Positions 54,927 to 64,000 of a stretch of 64,000 nucleotides of DNA are shown here, one piece after another. The DNA comes from Desulfohalobiaceae bacterium S24 (lineage in GTDB: Bacteria; Desulfobacterota; Desulfovibrionia; Desulfovibrionales; Desulfothermaceae), in the NCBI GenBank assembly GCA_011389765.1, contig JAABTT010000006.1, positions 7,483 through 71,482 of the forward strand, in the 5' to 3' direction. The translations under genes were made by a program, and so were the position numbers. Every line of letters begins with the position of its first letter. The stretch's first letter is position 1. The notes below the pieces were generated by a model, which saw only the letters and a program-made list of their open reading frames with translations, was not told the origin of the DNA and ran no database searches.

Positions 54927-55290
54927 TTTTCGATTTGCGATTTTCGATCTCCGACGTCCGACTTCTCTCTTCCTCCCTGCCTTTCCTGGTATGAAACTTC
55001 AGAAATTTTCCTCGGAGTCGGAATCACCATCGGAATAGGTATCGAGAATTGATTGTTGTTTCGCTATCGAAATCGATATCGAAATCGCTATCGAGAATTG
55101 GTATGATGAGGATTAAGACTTCGATTCCGATAGCGATAGCGATTCCGAACGGGATTTCTTCCTAAAGGTTCTTCGTTGATCAAACTGGCCGGTCCGCCCG
55201 GCCAGCGGCCGGCGCTGACCCCTGTCTCCTGTCCCCTGCCCCCTGATCACTGTCCTCTGACCTCTGATGTCTGACTTCTGTCTTCTCCCC
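54927..55290. repeat. Composite repeat B+C, copy C2 (longest), in the ntpB-ntpD gap and running into the ntpB 3' end
   Basis: Aligns with 11237-11518, plus an extra roughly 60-nt block of CGAAATCG/CGATATCG hexamer runs. The CT-rich tail (CCTCTGACCTCTGATGTCTGACTTCTGTC) covers the ntpB stop at 55247-55249 and about the last 14 codons. Confidence 0.85.
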
Positions 55291-56578
55291 CCGGCCAGTA
55301 GTCCCGGACAAGGTCCGAGGGCAGACCAACCTCTTTCTGCTCAAAGCATTCCGCCAGAATGGACCAGCCCCGGTCCAGGGCTTGCTCCAGAGGGATATTC
55401 ACCTCGAGGTCCATCATCCGTTCTTCAAACAGGTCGCCGTAGCGCAGGAGCTTGTTGTCCCAGGCACTCAATTCAAAACCCATGTCCTGTTTTTCCCGGG
55501 ACTCCCGAGCCGAGGCGTAGAGTTGGATCATGGTGTTCATGATGGTCCGATGATCCGAACGGGTCTGTTCATTGACCTTCTGCTTGAGCCGGCTCAGGGA
55601 GCCAAAGGGTTCGATGCGGCCATTGCGCAGATAAAACTGCCCCTCGGTGATGTATCCGGTATTGTCCGGAATGGGGTGGGTCACATCGTCCCCGGGCATG
55701 GAGGTGACGGACAAGACGGTGATGGAGCCGGCGCCTTCAAAGTCCACCGCCTTTTCATAGCGCGCCGCCAGCTGGCTGTAGAGATCCCCCGGGTATCCGC
55801 GATAAGAGGGGATCTGCTCCATAGTGATGGATATCTCCTTCAGAGCATCCGCAAAATTGGCCATGTCGGTGAGAAGTGTCAGCACCCGCTTTCCATCCAA
55901 GGCAAAACGCTCGGCCACGGCCAGAGAGAGATCCGGGACCAGCAGGCATTCCACAGTGGGATCGGCCGCGGTATGGACGTAAAAAATGGAACGGGACATG
56001 GCGCCGGCCTCCTCCAGCCGATCCCTGAAAAACAGATAATCGTCGTGTTTGAGGCCCATACCTCCTAAAATGATGACATCCACCTCCGCCTGCAGAGCGA
56101 TCCTGGCCATGAGTTGGTTGTAGGGTTCACCCGGTACGGAAAAAATCGGGATCTTCTGAGACTCCACCAGGGTGTTGAAGACGTCGATCATGGGTACCCC
56201 GGTCCGGATCATCTTTTTGGGAATGATTCGTTTCATGGGGTTGACCGAAGGGCCGCCGATGGGGATGGCGGTTTCCGTGATCTCCGGGCCATTGTCCCGA
56301 GGAAGACCGGTTCCGGTGAACACCCGGCCCAGAAGGAATTCAGAGTAAGCCGTCTGCATGGGCCGCCCCAGGAATTGAACCTTGGCATCCGTGGCCACGC
56401 CCCGGCTGCCGGCAAAGACCTGCAGCGAAACCCGGCCGCCTTCAAGCTTGATGACCTGCGCCAGAGAAGTTCCGCGGGTGGAGGTCACTCTGGCCAGTTC
56501 GCCATAGGCCACGTTTTCGGCCTGCAGAATGATAACGCTCCCGGCGATTTGGTCGATGCGGTAGTAAATCCTACGCAT
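55247..56578 (-). CDS. ntpB: V-type ATPase subunit B
   Basis: 443-aa ORF. Non-catalytic nucleotide-binding subunit pattern ([10 protein letters not shown]..., [20 protein letters not shown]). Overlaps the ntpA stop by 8 nt. Confidence 0.92.
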   Translation of the reverse strand: MRRIYYRIDQIAGSVIILQAENVAYGELARVTSTRGTSLAQVIKLEGGRVSLQVFAGSRGVATDAKVQFLGRPMQTAYSEFLLGRVFTGTGLPRDNGPEITETAIPIGGPSVNPMKRIIPKKMIRTGVPMIDVFNTLVESQKIPIFSVPGEPYNQLMARIALQAEVDVIILGGMGLKHDDYLFFRDRLEEAGAMSRSIFYVHTAADPTVECLLVPDLSLAVAERFALDGKRVLTLLTDMANFADALKEISITMEQIPSYRGYPGDLYSQLAARYEKAVDFEGAGSITVLSVTSMPGDDVTHPIPDNTGYITEGQFYLRNGRIEPFGSLSRLKQKVNEQTRSDHRTIMNTMIQLYASARESREKQDMGFELSAWDNKLLRYGDLFEERMMDLEVNIPLEQALDRGWSILAECFEQKEVGLPSDLVRDYWPGGEDRSQTSEVRGQ

Positions 56579-58304
56579 AATCGGCTACCTCGTCTGCAAG
56601 CTCGATAAGGGCCTGTTCCTGTTCCTTGAATTCATCCCGGTCCATGGAGGTCCGATTCCAGTCCACCGCGGCCTGGGTCAATTTATGAAAAAAGGCCCGT
56701 GCTTCATCCTTGGTCTCAAAATGCAACGCTTTGTTGAGGATGAACAGAAGTCGATCAAAGACATGGGTCTGTCGTTTTGCCGCAGTGGCTCCATCAACCG
56801 GGTCGAAGGCATCCTGCTGCAGATAGACCCGGTCCAGAAACTCGGCTTTGAGATACAGGACAAAATCTTCCAAAGTCGTGCCCTCTTCACCGATAACTTT
56901 CATCATCTGAGCGATTTCGCTGCCCTGACGGATGATGGACTGAGCTGCTTTTAGCTGTTCCCGCTCCACAAGCCCCGGATAGGTGGACCAGCTCTCCAGA
57001 GGTTCAATGGCCGGATACCGTCTGGCGTCGGATCGATCCCGGGAAAGCCCGTGAAAGGCCCCCACCACCTTGAGTGTCGACTGGGTGACCGGTTCTTCAA
57101 AATTGCCTCCGGCCGGGGACACCGTCCCCCCGATGGTTACTGAGCCGAAATGGCCGTCTTTCAGCCGGACCTGACCGGCCCGCTCGTAAAAGGCTGCAAT
57201 AACCGATTCCAGATAGGCAGGAAAGGCCTCTTCTCCAGGGATTTCCTCCAGCCGGCCGGAGACTTCCCGCAGGGCCTGAGCCCATCTGGAGGTGGAATCC
57301 GCGAGAAGCAGCACATTGAGCCCCATCTGCCGGTAGTATTCGGATACAGTCACCGCGGTATACACCGAGGCCTCCCGGGCGGCCACCGGCATGGAACTCG
57401 TATTGCATATGATGATGGTTCGCTCCATAAGGCTTCTGCCAGTTTTGGGGTCTTTTAGTTCAGGGAACTCCCGGATGGTCTCCACCACTTCTCCGGCCCG
57501 CTCCCCGCAGGCGGCGACCACCACCACATCTACATCCGCATGACGGCTGGTGAGTTGTTGGATAACGGTTTTCCCCGCTCCGAACGGGCCGGGGATACAA
57601 TAGGTCCCCCCTTTGGCGATAGGAAAGAAAGTATCAATGATCCGAATTTTCGTATTCAGGGGCTGATTCGGCCGGAGGCGTTCACTGTAGTCCTGGATGG
57701 GAATCTTGACCGGCCAGTGCTGAAGCATGCTCACGTCCCGCTCGTTTTCCTTGTCTTTCTTGATTCTGGCGATGGGTTGTTCTACGGTGTACTCTCCGGC
57801 ATCGGCTATCCAGGAAACCGTGTAGCGGCCTTTGAGACCAAAGGGTACCATGATCCTATGGGAAAAAAGCCCTTCGGGCACCGTGCCCAGGGTCTCTCCA
57901 CTGCTGAGCGTATCGCCTTCCCGGGCCTGGGGAGTGAATTTCCAAACAGCCTCCCGGTCCAGGGTTTGAAAATAGACCCCCCGTTTCAGGAAAAAACCAT
58001 GGGCCTCGGCCAGATCGGACAAAGGATTCTGCAGGCCGTCATACACCTGGGCCAGGAGACCGGGACCGAGTTCCGCAGCCAGAAGCTCCTGGGAAAATTC
58101 GAGTCGATCGCCGATCTTCAAGCCTCTGGTATCTTCAAAAACCTGGAGTTCGGCATAATCGCCGCGGATGCGAACCACCTCCGACTTCAGGCGAAGATCA
58201 TTGCTCAGGGCAAAGGCTGTTTCATTCTGAAAGACCGGCTTGGAAAACTCCACGGTCAGCAGATTCCCATTCACGCCCACAATACGTCCGATATTTTCGG
58301 CCAT
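56571..58304 (-). CDS. ntpA: V-type ATPase catalytic subunit A
   Basis: 577-aa ORF with Walker [15 protein letters not shown] and the non-homologous insert typical of A subunits. Confidence 0.93.
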   Translation of the reverse strand: MAENIGRIVGVNGNLLTVEFSKPVFQNETAFALSNDLRLKSEVVRIRGDYAELQVFEDTRGLKIGDRLEFSQELLAAELGPGLLAQVYDGLQNPLSDLAEAHGFFLKRGVYFQTLDREAVWKFTPQAREGDTLSSGETLGTVPEGLFSHRIMVPFGLKGRYTVSWIADAGEYTVEQPIARIKKDKENERDVSMLQHWPVKIPIQDYSERLRPNQPLNTKIRIIDTFFPIAKGGTYCIPGPFGAGKTVIQQLTSRHADVDVVVVAACGERAGEVVETIREFPELKDPKTGRSLMERTIIICNTSSMPVAAREASVYTAVTVSEYYRQMGLNVLLLADSTSRWAQALREVSGRLEEIPGEEAFPAYLESVIAAFYERAGQVRLKDGHFGSVTIGGTVSPAGGNFEEPVTQSTLKVVGAFHGLSRDRSDARRYPAIEPLESWSTYPGLVEREQLKAAQSIIRQGSEIAQMMKVIGEEGTTLEDFVLYLKAEFLDRVYLQQDAFDPVDGATAAKRQTHVFDRLLFILNKALHFETKDEARAFFHKLTQAAVDWNRTSMDRDEFKEQEQALIELADEVADYA

Positions 58305-58329
58305 AGGCTCATTTCCCTTGTTTCAGAAC

Positions 58330-58421
58330 TATACTGCTCCGACTTACCTTTTTCATGTTTCTGTCGTTGAGATCTACGGACAATCAGTCTTTGTTTCAAA
58401 AACCAAAATTGGATCAGTATA
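58330..58421. mobile_element. MITE family A, copy A2 (92 bp, reference copy)
   Basis: TA|TACTGCTCC ... GGATCAGTA|TA: 11-bp terminal inverted repeats TATACTGCTCC / GGATCAGTATA. It lies inside the V-ATPase operon between DUF2764 and ntpA. Confidence 0.8.
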
Positions 58422-58444
58422 TAGTCTTCTATGAAACTTCATTT

Positions 58445-58486
58445 TTCTTCATTCATCATTCGACGTTCGACGTTCAACTTTCATTC
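58445..58486. repeat. Family B repeat unit overlapping the 3' end of the DUF2764 gene
   Basis: TTCATTCATCATTCGACGTTCGACGTTCAACTTTCATTCC. The DUF2764 stop codon (58474-58476) lies inside it. Confidence 0.7.
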
Positions 58487-59004
58487 CATGCCGATTCCAC
58501 CGCCTGCTTTACCAGGGTCTGAAAACGCTCCCGGCCGCGTTGTTCGTCAAAGGCGGCCCAGCGATGAACCAGCCTGAGCCGGCCGGCAAAAGCGAGAATG
58601 CACCCCAGCCCAAGATGGTCAAGCCCGATGAGTTCCTCCAAAAGGGCAAAGCGTCCTCTGTCCAGCAGCCATTCCCGCTCCAGGGGGTTCTCCTGATGAA
58701 AAGCCTCCATCACAAAGCGGGCGGCCTGAACACTGTACCCGCTGTGCATCCGAAAACCGCTTTTCAGACTCGGATTCCTCTTCCGGGCGCATTCATTCAT
58801 AATCTGGACTGCCAGAGCCGACCAGGACCGGCCGAATGATGTGTTGAACGGGCCAAGGCGGTCTGCAAGGAGAGAATCCAGGTCCTGAAGCTCTGAAGGC
58901 TGGAGTAAGCCGGAGCAGCTGAAACGAAAATCCTCCAAAGCCAGAGGCGGTTTTTGACCCAGTTCCAGCCAGGGCAGTGAGGCGGCGAGAGAGATATAGC
59001 TCAT
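58474..59004 (-). CDS. DUF2764-type V-ATPase accessory subunit (subunit C-like)
   Basis: ATG 59004 overlaps the ntpE stop (ATGA). MSYISLAASLPWLELGQKPPL... and its position between E and A match Bacteroidetes-type V-ATPase operons. Confidence 0.65.
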   Translation of the reverse strand: MSYISLAASLPWLELGQKPPLALEDFRFSCSGLLQPSELQDLDSLLADRLGPFNTSFGRSWSALAVQIMNECARKRNPSLKSGFRMHSGYSVQAARFVMEAFHQENPLEREWLLDRGRFALLEELIGLDHLGLGCILAFAGRLRLVHRWAAFDEQRGRERFQTLVKQAVESAWNES

Positions 59005-59690
59005 GATTCGACAGTTTCGTTTTGTTCCTGATCCCGACTTTGCTGCAGGCACTTCTTGATGCGGTCGAATCCCAGACCGTCATGGGCTACACGCTTGACA
59101 ATATCCGCCAGATGAGGACGGAGCAGGCCGCTCAAGCTATCGGCCAGAGCCTCGCTCGTAAAATCCAGATACACATACCCCTCTTGAAAAGAGACTTTAA
59201 AGCCTTTGAGAATATCGTTGTCCGCCTTGAGCTGAATCCCGGAGGCCATTTTCTGTTTGTAGAGATTCGCAAAAAAGTGAATGAGCCGCTCCTTGTCTTC
59301 GGGACTGACCATAACATCCCAGCCAACGTCCCCGGACCTGGAGGCGCAGTGCTCAACAATCTTGACCAGCATATCTTTCAAAAGCTGTTCGTCCATGGCC
59401 TGATCCACACTTTCCGCCACCAGATCGGACATGATATTCTCGATCCCGCGAGACACGGTAATGAGCACGTCCCGGGCCGCCTGTTCCAGGGTTTTGCGAC
59501 TTCGTTCCTCATACGTCTCAGCTTCTTGTCGACCTTGTTCCACCAGTCGCTTTTTCTTGTCTTCGGCGTCCCGGACAATGCCCGCGGCCTGCTCTTTGGC
59601 CTTGGCCACAATCTGATCGGCTTCGGCCTTGGCCTTGTCCACGCCTTGCTTTTGAATCCGTTCAATCAAGGGCTGCAAATCGTCAGACAT
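59001..59690 (-). CDS. ntpE: V-type ATPase subunit E (peripheral stalk)
   Basis: ATG 59690 with GGAG 7 nt upstream. Lys/Glu/Ala-rich N-terminal helix (KAKAEADQIVAKAKEQAAGIV) and a globular C-terminus. Confidence 0.8.
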   Translation of the reverse strand: MSDDLQPLIERIQKQGVDKAKAEADQIVAKAKEQAAGIVRDAEDKKKRLVEQGRQEAETYEERSRKTLEQAARDVLITVSRGIENIMSDLVAESVDQAMDEQLLKDMLVKIVEHCASRSGDVGWDVMVSPEDKERLIHFFANLYKQKMASGIQLKADNDILKGFKVSFQEGYVYLDFTSEALADSLSGLLRPHLADIVKRVAHDGLGFDRIKKCLQQSRDQEQNETVES

Positions 59691-59761
59691 ACCGACTCCG
59701 GGTTTGGGGTTCATTTCCGTTTGACTCCTGTCTGTATTGCGAAGCTGCTCAACGCTCAAAA

Positions 59762-60583
59762 TTATCCCACCCAGAGCACGCTGCCCTGCATCTCGTAAAA
59801 GAGCTTCAGTCCCACCGAACCCATTCGAAAGACACTTTTTTGGGCCTCTCCGGAATATCCCACGGCCACCGCGCTGAAACGCCCTGTATCCGCTTCGGAG
59901 AGGATCGCCTTGGCCGGATTTTTCGAGGCAAGCACTTTCTCCTGTACCCTTTCCTGGGCAATCCCGTAGTTAGCCAAGACGTTCTTTGCATCTGAGAAGA
60001 GCTTATCCGGAACGCTGTCCCTGGTTTGAACATGAAACAAAGTGATCTGATGCTCCTCTTCGCCGGACAGGATAAATCCGGCATGGTCGGTGATATGGAG
60101 GGATTCCTGTGATCCGTCAAGACAGACGAGGACATTTTTGCGGTCTGCTTCCGGGTTACGGCAGACCCAGATCGGTGCATTCCGTTCTCCCTTGAGAAGC
60201 TTGACGCTCACACTGTCGTTGATAATTTCTTCAAGCCGGGAAGTCCCCCGCCTGCCGAGGATGATGGCATCGTACAAGCCGCGATTCCCCTCGCCGATAA
60301 TGTCTTTTGAAGTGCTGACCATCTTTTTTTTGACCTTGCACAGCAGATTCTCCTCCAAAAAGTCCCGGTCCATGAGATGCTTCACAGTTTCCTCCAAGGC
60401 CAAATCGCAGGTATTGGATTCACTTTCAACCGGGACCATGCTTTGCTGCTGTCCGGTTCGCGGCGAGACATAGAGCAGGGTAAATTTCACTAGATCCTTA
60501 TTTGAAAAAAAAGCGTTCACAAAACGAGCCCCATACATGGCGCTCCGATCATCACTTACAGTGAGAAGAAAATGTTTCTGCAT
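59762..60583 (-). CDS. Tandem universal stress protein directly upstream of the V-ATPase operon
   Basis: ATG 60583 (MQKHFLLTVSDD...). Two USP-like halves (…ILGRRG…; VLVCLDGSQESL…VGYSGE…GSVGLKL). Confidence 0.75.
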   Translation of the reverse strand: MQKHFLLTVSDDRSAMYGARFVNAFFSNKDLVKFTLLYVSPRTGQQQSMVPVESESNTCDLALEETVKHLMDRDFLEENLLCKVKKKMVSTSKDIIGEGNRGLYDAIILGRRGTSRLEEIINDSVSVKLLKGERNAPIWVCRNPEADRKNVLVCLDGSQESLHITDHAGFILSGEEEHQITLFHVQTRDSVPDKLFSDAKNVLANYGIAQERVQEKVLASKNPAKAILSEADTGRFSAVAVGYSGEAQKSVFRMGSVGLKLFYEMQGSVLWVG

Positions 60584-60991
60584 GCCGGGGTCTCCTTTTG
60601 TTGTAGATGGGCTCCAGATCGAATACAGTGTCTGGTGTACCGGGCGGGCATTGCATTTTAAGTTTATCAATAAAAATCCCCGGGGACAAGACGCCGAAAG
60701 GGTGATTTTTCGGGGAGGAAGGATGAAATGGTAGTTTTCCGTTGATACTTTGAAAATGAAAGAAGGCAGATGACTCTTCATTACTTGTTCTTGATTCCTA
60801 GCCCAAAGATAAGCAAACTATGAGCGGTTGAACACCGTCCGAAAACCTTCCCCGAAAAATCCCCCACAGCGCCCCTTGCTTTTTTGAGCCGACAAGATAC
60901 GATAAATCTTACAGTGTTGAAGGAAAAGGGCTGGCAACGCCCCCGGCAAAGGAATTCGTCCAGCCTTTTAATTCAAGCACGAGGAGCCGCC

Positions 60992-62845
60992 ATGAACAGC
61001 CCGCAATCCAGGGCCGGCAATCGATTGTCCAAGGAAAAAAGTCCATATCTTCGCCAGCATGCCGAAAATCCTGTGGATTGGTTTCCCTGGGGAGACGAAG
61101 CCTTCGGCAAGGCCAAGAGTTTGAACAAACCGATTTTCCTGTCCATCGGCTATGCCACCTGCCACTGGTGTCATGTCATGGCCCACGAATCCTTTGAGGA
61201 CGATCAAGTGGCCAGGCTCATTAACCAACTCTTCATCCCGGTCAAGGTGGATCGCGAGGAACGGCCGGACATCGACACGGTGTATATGAAGATCTGCCAG
61301 CTCCTCACCGGCCGGGGTGGCTGGCCCCTGACTCTGATCCTGACCCCGGACAAAGAACCTTTTTTTGCGGCCACCTACCTCCCGAAATCCGCGAATTTTC
61401 CCCAAACCGGCCTCCTGGATCTGATCCCCAAGGTTGCCCATCTCTGGCAAAACGAGCCCCAAAAAGCCCTGGACAGTGCCAGAGAAATCATGGACCATCT
61501 GCGTCGCGCCGACGGCAACACCCGGGGCAGACTCCCCGGAAAAAACCTGCTGCGCCAGGCGGCCGAGGAGCTGGAGCGACGATTCGACCAGACGCACGGC
61601 GGATTCGGCAGCGCCCCGAAATTCCCATCTCCCCACAACCTTCTGTTTCTGCTCAGCCAGTACCGGCGCCATCAGGAGCCCAAGTACCTGTCCATGGCGG
61701 AAACCACCCTGGACATCATGCGCCGGGGCGGCATCTTCGACCATCTGGGCGGGGGCTTTCACCGTTATTCCACGGACCGGGAATGGCTGCTGCCCCATTT
61801 CGAGAAAATGCTCTATGACCAGGCCATGCTCAGCCTGGCCTATCTCGAGGCCTTTCAGCTCACCGGCAGAGCCTCCCACGCCCAGACCGCCAGGGACATT
61901 TTCGATTACGTCCTGCGGGATCTGACTTCGGCGGACGGGGTCTTTTTCTCCGGCGAAGACGCCGACAGCGAAGGGGTGGAAGGCAGGTTTTACGTCTGGA
62001 AAATCGATGAAATCCGGGATAGACTCTTCCCTGAAGAAGCCGATGCAGTGATTCGGGCCTACCGGCTCCGGAATCAGGGTAATTTCAGGGACGAAGCCAG
62101 CAGGCAGCTGACCGGGGAGAACATCCTGCATCAGCTGGTGCTGACCGACGAACAGACCTCGGAGGACGAGGACCGGGAGTCTGCAGAGATTCTGGAGCGG
62201 GCCAGGAACAAGCTCTTCGCGGCGCGGCAGCAGCGGGTGCGCCCCCAGCTGGACGACAAAGTGCTCACCGACTGGAACGGCTTGATGATCGCGGCCCTGG
62301 CTTTCGGAGGGCGGGTCCTGGAGTCGGATGTCTACACCCGGGCGGCGGAACGGGCCGCCGGGTTTTGCCTGGAACAGCTGGTGGAGCCCTCTGGAAATCT
62401 GCTCCACCGTTATAAGGACGGAGAGGCCGGCATCTCCGGATTCCTGGACGACTATGCTTTTCTGAGCTGGGGCCTGCTCGATCTTTTCGAAACCACAGGG
62501 CACACCAGCTATTTTTTGAGCGCCAAACGCTTGACCCGGCACATGCTCGAACATTTTCAGGACCCGAACAAAGGTGGCCTGTTCCTCACGGCGGACGACG
62601 CGGAAACCGTGCTCATCCGGCCCAAGGAAATCTTCGACGGGGCTCTGCCCTCGGGAAATTCCGCGGCCGTTATGAATCTGAGCCGGATCATTGCCGCCGG
62701 GGAGAACGATAGCCTTGAAACCGCCCTATCCGAGCAGATTCAGGCCTTTTCCGGAATGGTCCAGGGACATCCCATCGGATTCACTTATTTTCTGTGCGGG
62801 CTGGACCAGGCTTTGGAGTTGCTGCCGGGACCGGGTTCGGCCTGA
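60992..62845 (+). CDS. Thioredoxin-domain protein of the DUF255/YyaL family
   Basis: GAGGAG precedes ATG 60992. [22 protein letters not shown]...[19 protein letters not shown], plus a large alpha/alpha-toroid-like C-terminal region. Confidence 0.88.
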   Translation: MNSPQSRAGNRLSKEKSPYLRQHAENPVDWFPWGDEAFGKAKSLNKPIFLSIGYATCHWCHVMAHESFEDDQVARLINQLFIPVKVDREERPDIDTVYMKICQLLTGRGGWPLTLILTPDKEPFFAATYLPKSANFPQTGLLDLIPKVAHLWQNEPQKALDSAREIMDHLRRADGNTRGRLPGKNLLRQAAEELERRFDQTHGGFGSAPKFPSPHNLLFLLSQYRRHQEPKYLSMAETTLDIMRRGGIFDHLGGGFHRYSTDREWLLPHFEKMLYDQAMLSLAYLEAFQLTGRASHAQTARDIFDYVLRDLTSADGVFFSGEDADSEGVEGRFYVWKIDEIRDRLFPEEADAVIRAYRLRNQGNFRDEASRQLTGENILHQLVLTDEQTSEDEDRESAEILERARNKLFAARQQRVRPQLDDKVLTDWNGLMIAALAFGGRVLESDVYTRAAERAAGFCLEQLVEPSGNLLHRYKDGEAGISGFLDDYAFLSWGLLDLFETTGHTSYFLSAKRLTRHMLEHFQDPNKGGLFLTADDAETVLIRPKEIFDGALPSGNSAAVMNLSRIIAAGENDSLETALSEQIQAFSGMVQGHPIGFTYFLCGLDQALELLPGPGSA

Positions 62846-62896
62846 GTCTAACACGGGAGCGTGGATCGTGTCGGGTGCAGAGGAGGCCTCCGCTTT

Positions 62897-62936
62897 GCAG
62901 ATAATTTACAACAAGGTGTCCAAAAGTTTATAAAAA
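62897..62936 (+). promoter_or_regulatory. Promoter-like 40-mer, second copy (upstream of sufC)
   Basis: GCAGATAATTTACAACAAGGTGTCCAAAAGTTTATAAAAA: TTTACA, a 17-18 nt spacer, then TATAAA. It lies 70-110 nt upstream of ATG 63006. Confidence 0.5.
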
Positions 62937-63005
62937 TTTTGCTCGCTGCAAAGAACTCAGAACGTATCGTTTGTATGGATAAAATTTTTGATCAAGGATG
63001 GTCCT

Positions 63006-63764
63006 ATGCTGAAAGTTGAAAATTTGCACGTCACGGTCGGCGACAGGGAGGTGCTCAAAGGCGTCAATCTGGAGATTGCCCAGGATGAGACCTTTATTCT
63101 GTTCGGGCCCAACGGCTCGGGGAAAACAACCCTGCTCATGACCCTCATGGGCTTTTCCGGATTCACCGTCACAAAGGGGAAGATCGCCTTCCGGGGCCGG
63201 GACATGACCCGGATGCCCCTGCATGAACGCGCCAAACTGGGAGTCGGCATGTCCTTCCAGCGGCCGCCCACCATCAACGGACTCAAACTGAGCCAGCTTG
63301 TCAAGCTCTGCGCCGACGATCAGGACCTGGATGTGCAAGGCCTGGCCCGGGAGGTCAATCTGGAGCATTTTTTGGAACGGGACATCAACTCCGGTTTTTC
63401 AGGAGGGGAAATCAAACGATCCGAGCTGCTGCAGCTCATGGCCCAGAAACCGAAACTGCTGCTCTTCGACGAGCCCGAGTCCGGGGTGGATCTCGAAAAC
63501 ATGGCCCTGATCGGGAAAATGGTCCGCCGGCTTTTGCAGCAGGAATACCGGGCCCAAGCTGAAAAAAGCATTCGTGAACAAAAAGATGAACGAGACACCT
63601 CAGGCTTGATCATTACCCATACTGGGCATATATTGAATTACGTCAATGCAGATCGGGGTACCGTCATGTATGAAGGCAAATTGTGCTGCGCGTCGAGACC
63701 CAGAGATATCTTGAATCAAATCAGTGAGTCCGGCTATGAGGAGTGTGTACGATGTCTGACATAA
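63006..63764 (+). CDS. sufC: Fe-S cluster assembly ATPase SufC-like (ABC ATPase)
   Basis: MLKVENLHV..., Walker A GPNGSGKTT, signature FSGGEIKR, Walker B LLLFDEPESGVD. Confidence 0.85.
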   Translation: MLKVENLHVTVGDREVLKGVNLEIAQDETFILFGPNGSGKTTLLMTLMGFSGFTVTKGKIAFRGRDMTRMPLHERAKLGVGMSFQRPPTINGLKLSQLVKLCADDQDLDVQGLAREVNLEHFLERDINSGFSGGEIKRSELLQLMAQKPKLLLFDEPESGVDLENMALIGKMVRRLLQQEYRAQAEKSIREQKDERDTSGLIITHTGHILNYVNADRGTVMYEGKLCCASRPRDILNQISESGYEECVRCLT

Positions 63765-64000
63765 TGAAGACGAATACAGTGGATGCAAAATCCAGAGAAA
63801 AAATCTCAGTTTCCGATTTTGATTTTCAGGGGGCCAAGGCCGAGGCCATTCAGGATTTGACCCGGATGGATCCCAAGGACCGCCAACAGCTGCTCATGGC
63901 CGGCGTGGACGTGAATCAAAAAGAGCGCAGCGCCACCTACCTGCATATGAATCATTCCAATGTCCATTGTTCAAGCTGCCGCCCCGGCGTAGAAGTCCTG
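63751..64000 (+). CDS. SufB/SufD-family protein, N-terminal part (continues beyond window)
   Basis: ATG 63751 overlaps the sufC end. The frame stays open to the window edge. The assignment rests mainly on position after sufC. Confidence 0.5.

Noticed and set aside
60968-62554. 528-aa ORF antisense to the DUF255 thioredoxin-like gene
   Set aside because: It lies entirely inside, and opposite to, a gene with clear motifs (CHWCHVM etc.). Its translation is low-complexity (G/P/Q/A-rich) with no motif or SD. This is a typical shadow ORF of a GC-biased coding frame.
1-64000. Search for CRISPR arrays, tRNA/rRNA genes, integrases/transposases and prophage blocks
   Set aside because: The direct repeats present are not regularly spaced with unique spacers. 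I saw no tRNA-like T-arm (GGTTCGAATCC-type) outside coding frames and no recombinase-like ORFs. This was a by-eye scan only, so tRNAscan/Infernal should still be run.

Overview
This 64-kb chromosomal window looks like it comes from a sulfate-reducer-type deltaproteobacterium (Desulfobacterota). That is an inference from gene content: desulforedoxin, neelaredoxin-type superoxide reductase, 2-oxoacid:ferredoxin oxidoreductase, many PAS/hybrid kinases. I saw no rRNA, tRNA, CRISPR array, transposase or prophage. Coding content: (i) signalling genes: two paralogous hybrid histidine kinases, RR-GGDEF, a CheB/CheR/PAS fusion, Hpt, a sigma-54 response regulator and a PAS-LuxR regulator. (ii) A low-GC two-gene island at 2.9-6.2 kb: a DUF1156-type Zn-ribbon DNA methyltransferase plus a PD-(D/E)xK-like protein. 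(iii) A mazEF-like TA pair. (iv) An RND efflux pair. (v) An unusually rich oxygen/envelope-stress set: 1Fe-SOR, a free 46-aa desulforedoxin, an EncFtn-like ferritin, cytochrome c peroxidase, a NiSOD with a Sec-type leader, a NOX-like ferric-reductase flavocytochrome plus cytochrome c, Hsp20, an M48 protease, an entericidin-like lipoprotein and four USP genes. (vi) A translation-stress neighbourhood: yqjD/E/K-like genes, an HPF-cold-shock-domain fusion, and a Lon-like/USP/aeRF1-like (GGQ-containing) module. (vii) Central metabolism: gap, ppsA, OFOR alpha/beta. (viii) A complete Bacteroidetes-style V-type ATPase operon (E, DUF2764, A, B, D, I, K). (ix) DUF255 thioredoxin-like and sufC/sufBD genes. 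Two genome-level features stand out. First, at least four families of short structured intergenic repeats, including a 90-93 bp MITE with TATACTG(C/A)TCC ends, sit in operon gaps and at gene ends. Second, the density of gene remnants is high: truncated mazF, an SDR fragment, a Lon-like gene with an internal deletion, and fpg, FAD-oxidoreductase, PaoA-like and haem-protein remnants. All calls rest on reading the sequence and ORF translations by eye. No database search was run.
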